Of a DNA stretch of 64,000 nt, positions 1 to 12,618 are shown piece after piece. Source of the stretch: Squalus acanthias (taxonomy: Eukaryota); the NCBI GenBank assembly GCA_030390025.1, contig CM059433.1:16246001-16310000 (forward strand), in the 5' to 3' direction. Position 1 is the first letter of the stretch. Each line of letters opens with the position of its first letter. The position numbers were made by a program, and so were the translations under genes. The notes under the pieces were generated by a model. That model made no database searches. It was not told the DNA's origin and worked only from the letters and a program-made list of their open reading frames with translations.

Positions 1-520
1 CTGACTTCAAATACAAAAAAAAAAATTATTATTAATTAATTTTTAAAAAAATACCTCCTCCCTCCCAGAGTCCGGTCATCTGATTGAGCAAAAGATAATG
101 ACCGTAATTTTCCCCCGCCGTCAAATAGCAGTGCCACCTCAGCGTCCAATATAAACGTCAACTGGCATGCAGTCAAAGGCACAGGTGACCAAAGGCCTGT
201 ACACCTGAGCATCTGAAGCGCTCCTGCTCGCATCTATACAGGCAGCGAAATGATTTCACTGCTGTTGGTCTATATGGACCTCCTCTTGTCGTTGATACAA
301 GGTTTCACCACTAAAGGAAAGAGTTGCTCATGCAGAGTTTGAGCACTGATCTGGCTGCTGCAAAAACCCCTTTCAGCTGTGAACTTGGAACCTGGCTCAG
401 GCAGACTGCTTCAGGATTAAAAATGAATAAAAGAAAACATTTTGTTTTTGCTCAAACCGTCATTCTTGTGTCGTCTTCTTCATGGTTAAAATGTTTTGAA
501 TTTGTATTTGTTCCAAACAG

Positions 521-585
521 GATGGTCTGCTCCCTCGGCAATAGGCATTGCTGGGCTTGGTGGTGGTTTTGAGATTGGAATTGAG
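521..585 (+). CDS. SH3YL1: SH3YL1 internal coding exon (SYLF/YAB domain): WSAPSAIGIAGLGGGFEIGIE
   Basis: ttccaaacAG acceptor and GAG|GTaggt donor. The peptide matches the vertebrate SH3YL1 sequence as I recall it. Ends in phase 0 and joins 32481 in frame. Confidence 0.95.
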
Positions 586-942
586 GTAGGTTGCTTTTTT
601 TTAAAAAAAAAAAAATGTTTTACATAAATATTGCATCCACAACAGGTAGAGATGTAGGTGTTTTTTCTGTTAAAATGAAATCAAATTGTTTAATAAACCT
701 TGCTCTTTGTCTTCCCCCCTCAAAAAAAAATGCTGATGCAGTATGATTAAACTTAATCTTACATTGTAACTAATTAAAAAATGATCCGGTTATAACTGAT
801 GTCCAAATTTCATGCTTCTGATTCTAGAGCTACAAAAGATGATCCAAGCCTCAATTTCTGTAATCTCTATACCCCAATCGGTATCTTACTGAGTGTCCAA
901 TTTAGTATCACTAATTTGTAAAAGAGTGATTTCAGTTTTAAG

Positions 943-966
943 CTCTCTCTCTCTCTCTCTCTCTCT
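943..966. repeat. (CT)n microsatellite
   Basis: Direct reading of the ctctct... run. Confidence 0.9.
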
Positions 967-2040
967 GCAGAAGCAAGTGGGTGCATGTTAGGTTGCTGTT
1001 TATTTGAGCACTGCCTTGTTACTTCAGTAATTGAAATGTGTCAGATTTTAAACTAACTTTAGAGTGTAGGACCCTCATGAAACACGTTTCCTGCAACAAC
1101 AAAAAATGGTACACTTGAAGCTCTATATGTCACATTCACTTATCTGAGATCCTGATTTTACCATAAATAATACTTTAAAGTGTATATCAGATTTTGCTCT
1201 CGTCATCCTTTGAATTTCTTTTAGAAATGGGCCTGCAATGAACAGCAGAACGCTGTACTGTGAACTTGTAAACATTCTAGTAATTGAAAACTGACTTCTC
1301 ACCTTAATAGCTTAATGTTTTCATTTGGCTTTCACCAAACTTGGTAAAGGAACTTATCTTCATTCTTGTTTCCTTTTGTTATTAGGTGACCTGGAAACTG
1401 TTCCTGGCTCTGTTTATACATTCATAAATACAGACTTGTCACCCCTATAAGATAAAGAGCATTCAGTTTTAATCAAGCTTCAGACACTGAATTTGTTTAA
1501 ATGAATAAGCATTGGAGAAGCATTTATCCTTATATGATTGACAGCTTAACCCTATAAACAAGCCCAATTTGCACGGTTTTAAAAACTCCAAAGCATTTAT
1601 AACTAGTGTACAGTTCTCATTTTAAAACTAACACCAGTATCTTCACAAAATGAGCTGTAAAACATGTTTTCTGTTGGCACCCGTGACTCTGCTGGTTTAT
1701 ACGCTTTTTTATGTTTTTCTGTACTTAGGATATTTTGAAGGATTTCCATGTTTTTTATCCACAGTTTTTTTTGGGGGGGGCGGGGGGGAGGTTCCTAATG
1801 ACCTTTTCTCATTTTCAGCCCTTCCCTGATGCTATACATACTTCTGTTGAATGGTTTGTGCTTTTGAAAACATAAATAGAATCTTATCCATGTGATTTCC
1901 CCTAATAATGGATTTTACATTGTACAATAATACTGAAAATTAGATATTAAAGATTTGTTATAATTTTGGCTTTTCATAGAATCAGTTTTCTTTTCTAATG
2001 GACTTAAAACTGTTCCTCTAAGCAGAACTTGTCCCCTAAG

Positions 2041-2476
2041 GTGTTAGCTGTGGGTCAGTGGTAGCATTCTTATCTCTGAGTCAGAAGGTTGTGGTTTCAA
2101 GTCCCACTCCAGAGACCAGAGATTTGAGCACAAAATCTAGGCTGACACTCCAGTGCAGTACTGAGGGAGTGCTGCACCTTCGGAGGTGCTGTATTTCAGA
2201 TAAGACGTTAAATCAAGGCCCCGTCTGCCCCCTCAGGTGGACGTAAAAGATCCCATGGCACTATTCGAAGAGCATGGGAGTTCTCTGTGGTGTCCTGTTC
2301 AATATTTATCACTCAACCAACATCTCATGCTGTTTGTGGGACCTGGCATTCCGCAAATTGACTGCCGTGTTTTCTACATTACAACAGTGACTACACTTCA
2401 AACAAAAAGTACTTCATTGGCTGTCGAGCGCTTCGGGACATCCTGAGGTCGTGAAAGGTGCTATATAAATACAAAT
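2041..2476 (+). mobile_element. tRNA-derived DeuSINE (SacSINE1-like)
   Basis: A/B-box-like head (cagtggtagc...ggtttcaagtccc), Deu-like core (ctcaggtggacgtaaaagatcccatggcactatt) and L2-like tail (gtgaaaggtgctatataaat). Homologous copies at about 46.3, 52.3, 56.6 and 57.0 kb. Confidence 0.8.
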
Positions 2477-2801
2477 TCTGGAAGACCTGGAAGCTGTATT
2501 TTAACAGTCTGATCTTTGCAGAGTTTTGTGACCCAAGGATTAACAATTACCCTTACTTACAGTAATGTGCTTACAGGAATTACTATAGTCGTGCACTACA
2601 ATAATACTCTTTTCACACTGGTGGAATGTAAAACATAGATCATATTTTTATACGCTAAAGTAACTGAAAATATTTTCAATTAAATAGAGATTTGAAGCCC
2701 AAAAGAATTCGACAAATACTAATTATATTTACATTTAATTTTCTAATGTCTGTAATGAGTTAAGTACCCTTTTCAAGTAAAATCTTAGGAAAGTAACAGT
2801 A

Positions 2802-3052
2802 CAGTAAACTCTTTCGTATCCGGCACCTACGGGACCAGGATGGTGCCGGTTGATGAAAAATTCCGGATAACAGAGAGGTAGGCAATTTTTAACACAAAAA
2901 AAATAAAAGCCACTGACTAACTCGGCCACGGCGGGAAACTTGGACTCGGAAAAACGAAAAACGGATGGATTCGGCAAGATTACCGGTTATCTATTTTGCT
3001 GGTTATTAAAGAATTCCGGATGATTAAGTGCTGTTTAAACAAGAGTTTACTG
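2802..3052. mobile_element. Tc1-mariner (Tigger/pogo-like) MITE
   Basis: TIRs cagtaaactctt/aagagtttactg flanked by TA on both sides. Reverse-oriented homolog at 46009-46272. Confidence 0.8.
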
Positions 3053-4324
3053 TATCTGGAATAGCAAATTCCCCCCTTTTTTCCATCTAGGTGTCTATTG
3101 GATTTAACTTATTATATACATAATGTAAGCTTCATGTTGCTATATTTTATCGATTTGAGCAAATCGCTTTACGCAGAAGTGAACTGTTGAACTAAAAAAT
3201 TGCAATTTTACCCTGTTGGGCAGTGTTTAACAGTGGTTTTTAAAAAAAACATTATTTTTCATCTTCCTGGCTGAAGATGGGCAGGAGACCAGGTCTTTGC
3301 CTCCAACATTATCATTCTATTCCAACCATTGGCATTGACAGACATTTATGGATCTGGAGATTGAGAGCATCACAGGTTAACCAATTTTGTGCTTAAGCCA
3401 GCTGGCAACCAAATAGCTGGTTTCCATAAGCTTTACTATGATTGATTGAAAGGATACTTCTTTGTAGGTTTTGGCATCTGACTTTGGAATTTCTTGCAGA
3501 CAGGCATGTTGTTTGTTGTTCCAGTGTAAGTAAGATAATATTGGTTGACAGTTTAAATCAACGAGACAAGGAAGCAGTAATACCATCAAGGTCAGTAGTT
3601 TTACTTCTGTCTTATCACAATCAAGTTAACTGGGGCTCTTTGTACCTGGTATTATAGTAGAGCTGGCCTTTTAACAAAAATAGTGTTCAACAATTCCACC
3701 TTATCTACACAAGTGTGACATGTGACTCTGCCTCACCCAGTGCTGAAAACTGATATAACTGTCCTCCAATAGTCCTTTGATTCTTCTCAAGAATGATAGT
3801 GAGCTCAGAGTCTTCTCACATTTGGACTTGGTATGGAGTTATGCTTTCTTGTCCTTTCAGTTGCTGATCTTCCCCCATACCAAAATATTCCCAGTTTTTA
3901 GCTACAGCTGTAGCACCATTAAAGCGGAGCTGTGAGCCAATGGTAGTGTTTTGCCAAATGGGTGGGTATAGTGCTCTGGAGCATAAAATATCATCTCCTT
4001 GTTGCAAATCCAGAAGAGTCTGATCTTCTCAGTTACTGGGATGCCAGTGTGGGCTGGTCTTAGTGCTTAATTTTCCTTTCACAGTTCCAGTGAAAGATTG
4101 CTTGGATGCAGACCAAATTAGAGTGGGAGTTGCTGCTTTGCTGAGTGCTTTCAGGTGATCTAATTAGGCATTACCTTCATTCAGAGAGTGAGCCAAGCAA
4201 ATGAGGCCATTCGTAACAGTGAAAACACTACCGTGGTCTGTTCCTTGCTTCCCAGTTAATCTTCATTGCAGTTGAAATGGACGGACCATCATAGCTAACA
4301 CTTCTTCCCACCCTCGCAGCCACC

Positions 4325-4580
4325 TTAAAGACCTCGATCAGGTCACCACTCAGCCTTCTCTTTTCTAGAGGAATGAGCCCCAGCCTGTTCAGCCTTTCCT
4401 AATAAGTATATCCTCTCAGTTCTGGTATCATCTTTGTGAATCTTTTTTGCAATTTCTCCAGTGCCTTTATATCCTTTTTATAAAATGGAGACCAGAACTG
4501 TGCACTTACTCTAAGTGTGGTCTAACCAAGGTTCCATGCAAGTTTAACATAACTTCTCTTTTCAGTTCTATCCCTCTAGA
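4325..4580 (-). mobile_element. Decayed CR1 LINE 3' ORF2 fragment
   Basis: Similar to the RPHLEYCVQFWSP / RGDLIEV region of other CR1 copies in the window. Confidence 0.65.
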
Positions 4581-5240
4581 ATTTTTTTTAAATTATTTGT
4601 TCCTGGGATGTGGGCGTCGCTGGCAAGGCCAGCATTTATTGCCCATCCCTAATTGCCCTTGAGAAGGTGGTGGTGAGCCGCCTTCTTAAACCCCTGCAGT
4701 CCATGAGGTGAGGGTACTCCCACAGTGCTTTTAGAGAGGGAATTCCAGGATTTTGGCCCAGTGACGATGAAGGAATGGCGATGTATTTCCAAGTCAGGAT
4801 GGTCTGTGACTTGATGGGGAACTTGCAGTTGATGGTGTTGCTATGCACTTGCTGCCCTTGTCCTTCTAGGTGGTAGAGGTCACTGGTTTGGGAGATGCTG
4901 TCGAAGAGGCCTTGGTGAGTTGCTGTAGTGCATCTTGTAAATGGTACACACTGCAGCCACGGTGCGCCAGTGGTGGAGGAGTGAATGTTTAAGGTGGTGG
5001 ATGGGGTGCCAATCAAGCGGGCTGCTTTCTCCTGGATGGTGTTGAGTTTCTTGAGTGTTGTTGGAGCTGCACTCATCCAGGCAAGTGAAGAGTATTCCAT
5101 CCTGACTTGTGCCTTGTAGATGGTGGAAAGGCTTTGGGGAGTCAGGAGGTGAGTTACTCGCAGCAGAATATCCAGCCTCTGACCTGCTCTTGTAGCAACC
5201 GTACTTATGTGACCCCCAGGATGTTGATGGTGGGGGATTG
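4581..5240 (-). mobile_element. 3' fragment of a CR1-group LINE (same family as 52594-55150)
   Basis: ORF 4636..5100 (EYSSLAWMSAAPTTLKKL) and 3' end match the 54.6-55.15 kb copy. Confidence 0.85.
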
Positions 5241-6329
5241 AAACTTTACAACACAGGTGGAAGGAGAACTGTGCTTGTTCCCATTTCCCTGCCTTTTAAA
5301 TTTATTTCTTTCAGATATTTATCCACTTCCCTTTTAAAAGCTATTCTGGATTATGCTTCACCGCTGTTTGTGTTGGGGCATTACATGCCCGAACGAATCT
5401 GTGAACAAATAAAGTTCTACACACATTTGCTCTTTTTCTAACTCTCTGTCACCAAAAAGGCCCTCCAGTTACTGATTCACCAACTAGTGGAAAACATTTT
5501 TCTATTATCAAAACCCTTCATAATATTGACTACTACCATCAGATCTCACCTTAACCTGCATTGCTCCAATGTAAAGGGCTCCAGTTTCTCTAGTCTCTCC
5601 TCCATAACTAAAGCCTCCTCATTCCTATTATCATCTTAGTAAGTCTCTCCTTTACCTTGTGCTTGGCTTTGGCATCCTTCCTTAAGCAGGGCGCCCAAAA
5701 CTGGATACACTATTTTCGATAAGATTAACACCAATCTTTACCAGCCTAGTCATAGTTCTCTAGTTAGCCTATTTGAAATCTGCAACATGTATATTAAATC
5801 TTTGGCATATGCATTTTGGTCGTGATCTGAGGAATGGTTTTTATTTTAGTAACATCTATTCTGCTCTATATAAATGCAGTTCTTTCCTTTCATTCTTTTA
5901 ATGATTGAGAATCCCACATTTGAGATCTGGTTTATTTATCATTTATAGACTTAACAGGCCCCTCGAGCCTTTTCCACCATTCAGTTAGATCATGGCTGAT
6001 CAGTATCTTAACTCCATCTACTCGCCTTGGTTCTGTAACCCTTAATACCCTTGCTTAACAAAAATCTTATAATTAATTTTAACAGTAATAGAAACTTGTG
6101 CTTAGCATCTCTAACGTAAAGTCCCAGAGCACGTCACAGAGGCAAAAATAATAGAAATGGCAAGTTCAAAGAGGGAGGTCTCGAGGAGGAATTTGGAAGT
6201 ATGAAAAGAGGTAGCAAGGCGGAAGGAGTGACGTGGCTTGTTCCATAGTATGGAGCAGTAATGGCTGAAGGCTCTGGATTCCCAGTAAAAAAGTAAAAAT
6301 TTTCCCAGTAAAAAAGTAAATTTTTTTTT

Positions 6330-6701
6330 AAAGCTTTTCGTTTTACATACAGACGGCAGCTTTTGACACGTTAGAACCCCTGCGACTTCACCTCATTGTC
6401 TCAGTTGTATCTTGCTATGTCTTTTGATGTGGTACCTTCCTGGCTGACTTAATTAACTTTATCACACCTCGGCAGATAGTCAGGATGATTTAATTTATTG
6501 GTCTGCAATTGTAAAGTACACATGCTTTTTTTTCCATCTATATATGCTCTGACGATTCTGTATCCAATTTACTTCACCTGAGGAAGGAGCGATAGTTCCG
6601 AAAGCTTGTGATTTCAAATAAAACTGTTGGACTATAACCTGGTGTTGTGCGACCTCTCAATTTTGTCCACCCCAGTCCAACACCGGCATCTCCGCATCAT
6701 G
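6330..6701 (+). mobile_element. Penelope-like element terminal (pLTR) fragment, family A, with a hammerhead motif
   Basis: 6579-6701 is nearly identical to 19205-19332. It sits between old L2 fragments. The 5' boundary is uncertain. Confidence 0.65.
6574..6611 (+). ncRNA. Minimal type I hammerhead ribozyme motif
   Basis: TCAC-CTGAGGA-A-GGAGC-gata-GTTCC-GAA-AGCT-T-GTGA: stem I TCAC/GTGA, CUGANGA and GAAA cores, stem II, palindromic AGCT stem III. Activity untested. Confidence 0.65.
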
Positions 6702-7550
6702 ACCAAAAATAAAGCAGAGATAAGGGGTGTTGAAAAATAAGCTAGAATGAAAAGCAGAAGGCATGTGCAGAAACATAGAGCTGCAGGAGGTTGCAGAGTT
6801 AGGAAGGGATGAGGCTGTGGAGGGACTTGTAGATGAAGACACAAATTTTGAAATTTATGCATTGGTAGATAGGGAGCCAGGGAAGATTGATGAACATAGG
6901 GTAATAGGAGAACTGGATTATTGCAGGATAGGATGTGGCTGGCAGAGTTTTAGACAGTATATGGGTGACACTGTTTTGGACACTTTTGAAACGTATCTAT
7001 TGAGTTTATGCTTATTGCTAGAAATTTTATCTTATTAGGTATTTAAGTAAAATGGAATGGACAAAAAGGTCTTTACTGTAGTACCAGCTAAGAAATAATC
7101 ATCCCTGCAATTACTTTTCTTTACCCAGATATGGGGATTTAAATAAATCTAAGAGGAACAACAACAGCTTGCATTTATATAGTGCCTTTTAACGTAGTAA
7201 AATGTCCATGATGCTTCACAGGAGCGTTATCAAACAAAATTTGATAAGCCCTAATTATGGATTCATCATAGTAAGCAGGATGTGTACTTCAGAAAGACAA
7301 TTTACTTTCCTTAGCCTTGCAATCTACACCTGAACTGTGGAACATAGGCTTTCTTGCATTGAAATTTTTTTTTCACTAACCCCCCTCCCCCCAACAATGG
7401 ACAACTCTGCTTTATCCTGTCTCTAACAAGAGCGATCCATTTGTCAAAACCATGGCACTGGGAGCCTGATGTATTATTTTAATCCAGTCAATATTTCTTT
7501 CCATAAACTATTGATCCAAATAAATAAAAGCGCAAGTTTCTTTGTGTACC

Positions 7551-8292
7551 AGATTATATTAAATGGTGAGAGACTGGGAAATGTTGGTATTCAGAGGGGC
7601 CCGGGTGTCCTTGTACATGAATCACTGAAAGTTAACATGCAGGTACAGCAAGCAATTAGAAAAGCAAATGGTATGTTAGCCTTTATTACAAAGGGATTGG
7701 AGTATAAGAGTAAAGAAGTCTTACTACAATTATATAGGGCGTTGGTGAGACCACACCTGGAGTACTGTGTACAGTTTTGGTCACCTTACCTAAGGAAGGA
7801 TATACTTAGAGGGATTGCAACGAATGTTCACTGGACTGATTCCTGGGATGAGGGGATTGTCCTATGAAAAGAGATTGAATAGACTAGAGTTCCTTATAGC
7901 TTTGAAGAATGAAAGGTGATCTCATTGAAACATAAAACTCTTAAAGGGCTTGACATTGTAGATGCTGTGAGGTTGATGCTGGCTGGGGAGTCTAGAACTA
8001 GGGGTCACAGTTTCAGAATAAGGGGTCGGCCATTTAGGACTGAGATGAGAAATTTCTTCACTCAGAGGGTGGTGAATCTTTGGCATTCTCTACCCAGAGG
8101 GCAGTGGAGCCTCAGTCGTTGAGTATATTCAAGACAGAGATTGATTGATTTTTGGATAGTAAGGGAATCAAGGGATATGGGGATAGTGCGGAAAGGTTGA
8201 TTTGAGGTAGAAGATCAGCCATGATCTTATTGAATGGCGGAGCAGGCTCGGGGCCAACTGGCCTACTCCTGCTCCTATTTCTTATGTTCTTA
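7551..8292 (+). mobile_element. 5'-truncated CR1 LINE
   Basis: ORFs 7469..7867 and 7916..8122 (LYRALVRPHLEYCVQFWSP) and CR1 3' end cctactcctgctcctatttcttatgttctta. Confidence 0.9.
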
Positions 8293-8715
8293 AGATGATA
8301 ACCATGACTAGGCTTCCCATGCACTTCATTACAACCATAACGTTCATCAGTTTCTGTGCATTTCTACTTTTATATTAAAGTTTTCATTAATCCAGGTGAA
8401 TTTTTTTTTATTATAGCCCCAATACTGCTTTTAACATGTTACGTTAATTTTGTGCTGCTTTTACACCATTATCCATAAATGCAGTGTAGAACTCGTACTG
8501 TAAAGCAGTTAAATGGCACGCTGATTTGGCTTCTCCACCATCCCCAGCCAAGTATGTGGCTTGCTGCTTGAGTAGATCTGAGTTAACAATATAACAGCTG
8601 AATGTCATGTGGTACCCTAGAAACCAATGTACATCATGAAAGCACAAGGAAGGCTTTCAAGCATTGGAGGCAGTGCAAACAGCCACAGTACTTATCCATA
8701 GAGTTAGACGGCTGA

Positions 8716-9050
8716 GTTATGGAGAGACTTGAACTTTTAACCTTGAAAGGAGATGTCTAACAGGTGATCTTAAAAAAAAAAAAGTATATGATAGTAAATA
8801 GCATGGAAAGGATAAATCCAGATAGCTCCTTTTAAATTTAAATTCCAGACTAGGGCAAAGGGACCACAGGCTCAAACTAGTAAAATACAAATTTAGGACT
8901 GTTATCAGGAAATTCGTCACACAAAGAGTGATCATTATGTGGAATGGACTCTTAGGCAAAACCCTGGAATCATTTAAGAACTTGTTGGGACACTGAAATG
9001 GGGGAATAGCGGGATCATTCTGGATGGATGAACTAAGATGGGCTGGATGG
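8716..9050 (+). mobile_element. Old CR1 3' fragment
   Basis: Degenerate similarity to the CR1 ORF2 end and 3'UTR. Confidence 0.5.
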
Positions 9051-10516
9051 TAACTGTCTTTTGAGTGGTAAGTTAATCAAATGTGTGCAGCCAGGAGAGG
9101 TGCTCTGAGGAATATATGTATGCTTACACATGCACAGTGACACTTCATTTCCCTCCAATCCTCAGAGAATCACAATCCGGGGGCTCTATAATGTGAGAGG
9201 TGTAGATGTATTTTTAATGCATCTTACTTGGGCTTGTTCCTTCAATTTAATAACAGCATAGGTTTTTAGCCTAGAGTTTAAAAAAAAAGTCAAGTGGATC
9301 TGTAGTTCTTGCATTTAATTGTATCCTTATCTGACTTCAATAAAAATCCAAGGTTGCTTGCTTCAATGCCTTGCATAACATCTACCTACCTCCACCATAT
9401 ATTTCTAGTAACGGCCGAGCCTGTAAAAGGTAAAGTACTTTATAAATTGCACAATCCATTACCACTTCCTCTCGCCCACTTAAGTGACAATGAAGTATTT
9501 ATGGACCTCTTTAAATTTTCACCAGTGACAGCAGAGAATCCAATATTTCTCTGTACTCCAGATTAGAAGTAAATTTTGACTCTGTGTGATACAAAAGTAG
9601 TGTTGGTGATTGATTCTGACGTGTATGTAACCTATTTGTGTATTTTAATAGAAATAAAAACAGTATGATTGTGCATTTCCTATCTGTCATATACTTGCGT
9701 CACACTAATCATAGGCAAAATCCTGGACACATTTTCTATATCACACTTGCTAATTGATTTGTATGCAAATTTATTTTTCATAGAACAGAAACACATCACA
9801 ACTGAACAGTACCAGCAGCAATCAAACCCCAAAAGTGACAGTAAAAATAGGATTTAGCTAAGTTAAAACTAAAATTAATAGAACAAACCCACAATCAGTC
9901 AATCAGTCCTAAATCATATTCTTAGTCATAAACTTATCTCTATCGTCGTCTAAATCTCTGGAAACTGTTTTAAACTTGCAACCTACTCTTTCTCAGCATC
10001 CTGATTTTTCTTCCGTGACACCCTTACTCCTTTCCTGCCCAGCCTGGCTGAGTCTAAAACTGCATTCCTCCCTTCCACTGCATGACCATGCCAGGCCCCA
10101 GCTTCTCTGCTCACTCACACCAGCTCCCAACTTCAGCCTTTCCCTTCTACTCCTCACGACTCTGCTCTTCCCACCCACTGCCTTCCAAACTTGGACAACT
10201 GAGCATCAGTGGATGGCATGACATTGAGGTGTCAGTTCTACAAGCACTCGCTCACTGTGGAAAAGGGTTCTCCTTTTCATCTCGGCTCTTCTCTCCCCTC
10301 CACCCCCCCCCCCCCATTATCTTCCCATGAGTAGCAAGACAATAGATATCTAAGTACATTGGATATTTTTTGAACAATATTAACAATTTACTATATACAT
10401 AACTTTCAAGCCAAGAGGGAAGTTGCTTGGATATATGTGTAGTATATGGACAGTTTTGGGGAGGCAGTTTATCTATCTTTATTTAAATCATACACACAGC
10501 ATTAATACATAATGAC

Positions 10517-12480
10517 CACAGCCTACATTTATATAGCACCTTTAACAAGGAAAAACATCCTAAGGCACAGAAGTGTAATCAGACAAAAATGGACACCAAG
10601 ACAAAGATGGAGATATTAAGAAGGGTGACCAAAGGCTTGGTCAAAATAAGAAGAGTCTTAAAGGAGGAGAGGCAGACAGGTTTAAGGAAAGAATTCCAAA
10701 CTAGATAGCTGCAGACATGGCTGAAAGTGCTGGGGCAAAGGGAGGGGCAGATGCACAAAAGGCTAGAGTCAGGGAAACAGAGAGTTTGGGGATTGGGTGG
10801 GGCGGGGATTGTAGGACTGGAGGAGGTTGCAGAAATGAGAAGGGGCAAGTCCATGAAGGGATTTAAACATGAGGATGAAAAATTAAAATTCGAGTGTTGA
10901 AGGACCGGGAACTAATTTCAATGATCAAGGACAGGGGATGGATGAGCGGGATTTGGTGTGGGATAGGATATGGGCAGCAGAGTTTTGGATGAGCTGAAGT
11001 TCACAGAGGATGGAGAACAGGAGACTGGCCAGGAGCGCATTGGAGGTGACGACGGTATGGATGAGGGTTTCAGCGGCAGATAGGCTGAAGCAGAGGAAAG
11101 CCGGGCAATTTTATGGAGATGGAAGTAGGCGGTTTTGGTGATCAGAAGGTATATGAGTTTGGAAGCTCAGATGGAAGTCAAATAGGATGTTGAAATTACA
11201 AACAGTCTGGTTTAGCTTGATATAGTTGCCGAGGAGGGGGATGGAATCAGTCACTCGGGTGCAGAATTTGTGGCATGGGGCAAAGACCATGATTTAATAT
11301 AAGGAAAAATAAGAAATAGGAGCAGGAGTAGGCCATACGGCCCCTCGAGCCTGCTCTGCCATTCAATAGGATTCAATTTCAGTCGTCCCAATGTTTAACT
11401 GGAGGAAATTGCTGATCATCCAAGACTAAATGTCGGACAGCATTCTGATGACACCAAGGCAGTGGACTGGTTGAGAGCTGGCTATCATCTGCATAAGTGT
11501 AGAAGCTGACCCTATGTCTGTGGATAATGTGGCCAAGGGACAGCATGTAGATGAGGAAGAAGAGGGGGCGAAGAATAGATATTGGGAATTTTAGATTTAA
11601 CGGTGAAAGTGTGTGAAGAGAAACTAGTGCTGGAGATGCTCTGGCCATGATTAATAGATAAATGGTAGCAAACAAAAAAAATTCCATTGAGTTGGATGAC
11701 GGAGGAAGGCGCTGGAGGAGGAGTGAGGTCCAGAAGGGATAAGGTACCACGGTCACAGTCGCCGAGAACATTGGTTAGGGATATTTCAGTCCCTAAGACA
11801 GGGACAGGAACAGGAACCTGATTGGAGAGATTCAAACATGGAGTTGCAGGGAGTTCAAATAGGGAGTTGCAGGAAAGATGGGCACAGATTTGAAAGACGA
11901 CAACAAGAGCTTTGGAGAGGAAAGGGAGGTTGGAGATGGGGCATGGTTTGCAAGGACGGCGGGGTCAAATGTAGGTTTTTTGAGGAGGGGATGATGACAG
12001 CAGATTTGAAAGGGAGGGGGGCAGTATCTGAGGAGAGGGTACAGTTGACAATGTCGCTAGCTTGGGGGATAGGAAGGGAAGTTGGGTGGTCAACAATTTA
12101 CTGGGAATAGGGTCAAGGGAGCAGGAGATTGGTCTCATGCACAGGTGAGCTTAGAGAGGGCATAAGGGGAGATCGGAGAAAAACTGGAGAAAGATGCAGG
12201 CTAGGTAAGGTGGGAGTCGGGGGGGAAGTTTGGCTTGGTGGGCAAAGGGACAGAGGGGAAGCAGCAGAGGCATCTGATTGGATGATCTTAATCTTAGTGA
12301 AAACTAAGTCCATGAGGTCCTCACAGATGATGGAGATGAAGGGGAGAGGGGTTTAAGGAGATGGTTGTTAATGGAGCGAAGAAGCAGGTGGTTATCTTTG
12401 CTCCGCAGGATGATCCTGGAATAGTGAACAGTTTTAGCAGAGGACAATGTGGCCCGGTAGTGCTTGATGTGGTCCAGTAG
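10517..12480 (-). mobile_element. Decayed L2 LINE
   Basis: Minus-strand RT remnant (FYTYADDSQL) and L2 tail (catttatatagcacctttaac); similar to the L2 copies at 33-37 kb. Contains a short CR1 3'-end insert at about 11300-11370. Confidence 0.8.
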
Positions 12481-12618
12481 ATCTGGTGATGGATGGCTAA
12501 ACCAACCAGATATGCTCAACATATACACAAAGAGGACCTTTCTGGGTGATTTTAACATTTGCATTAAAAATGGATCTGCCTAACCATGGTGTTCCTTTAA
12601 AGGGAATCTTAATAATAT

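Noticed and set aside
943..982. Microexon after (CT)n-GCAG
   Set aside because: The flanking exons already join to give the conserved peptide, the donor is weak, and there is no other support.
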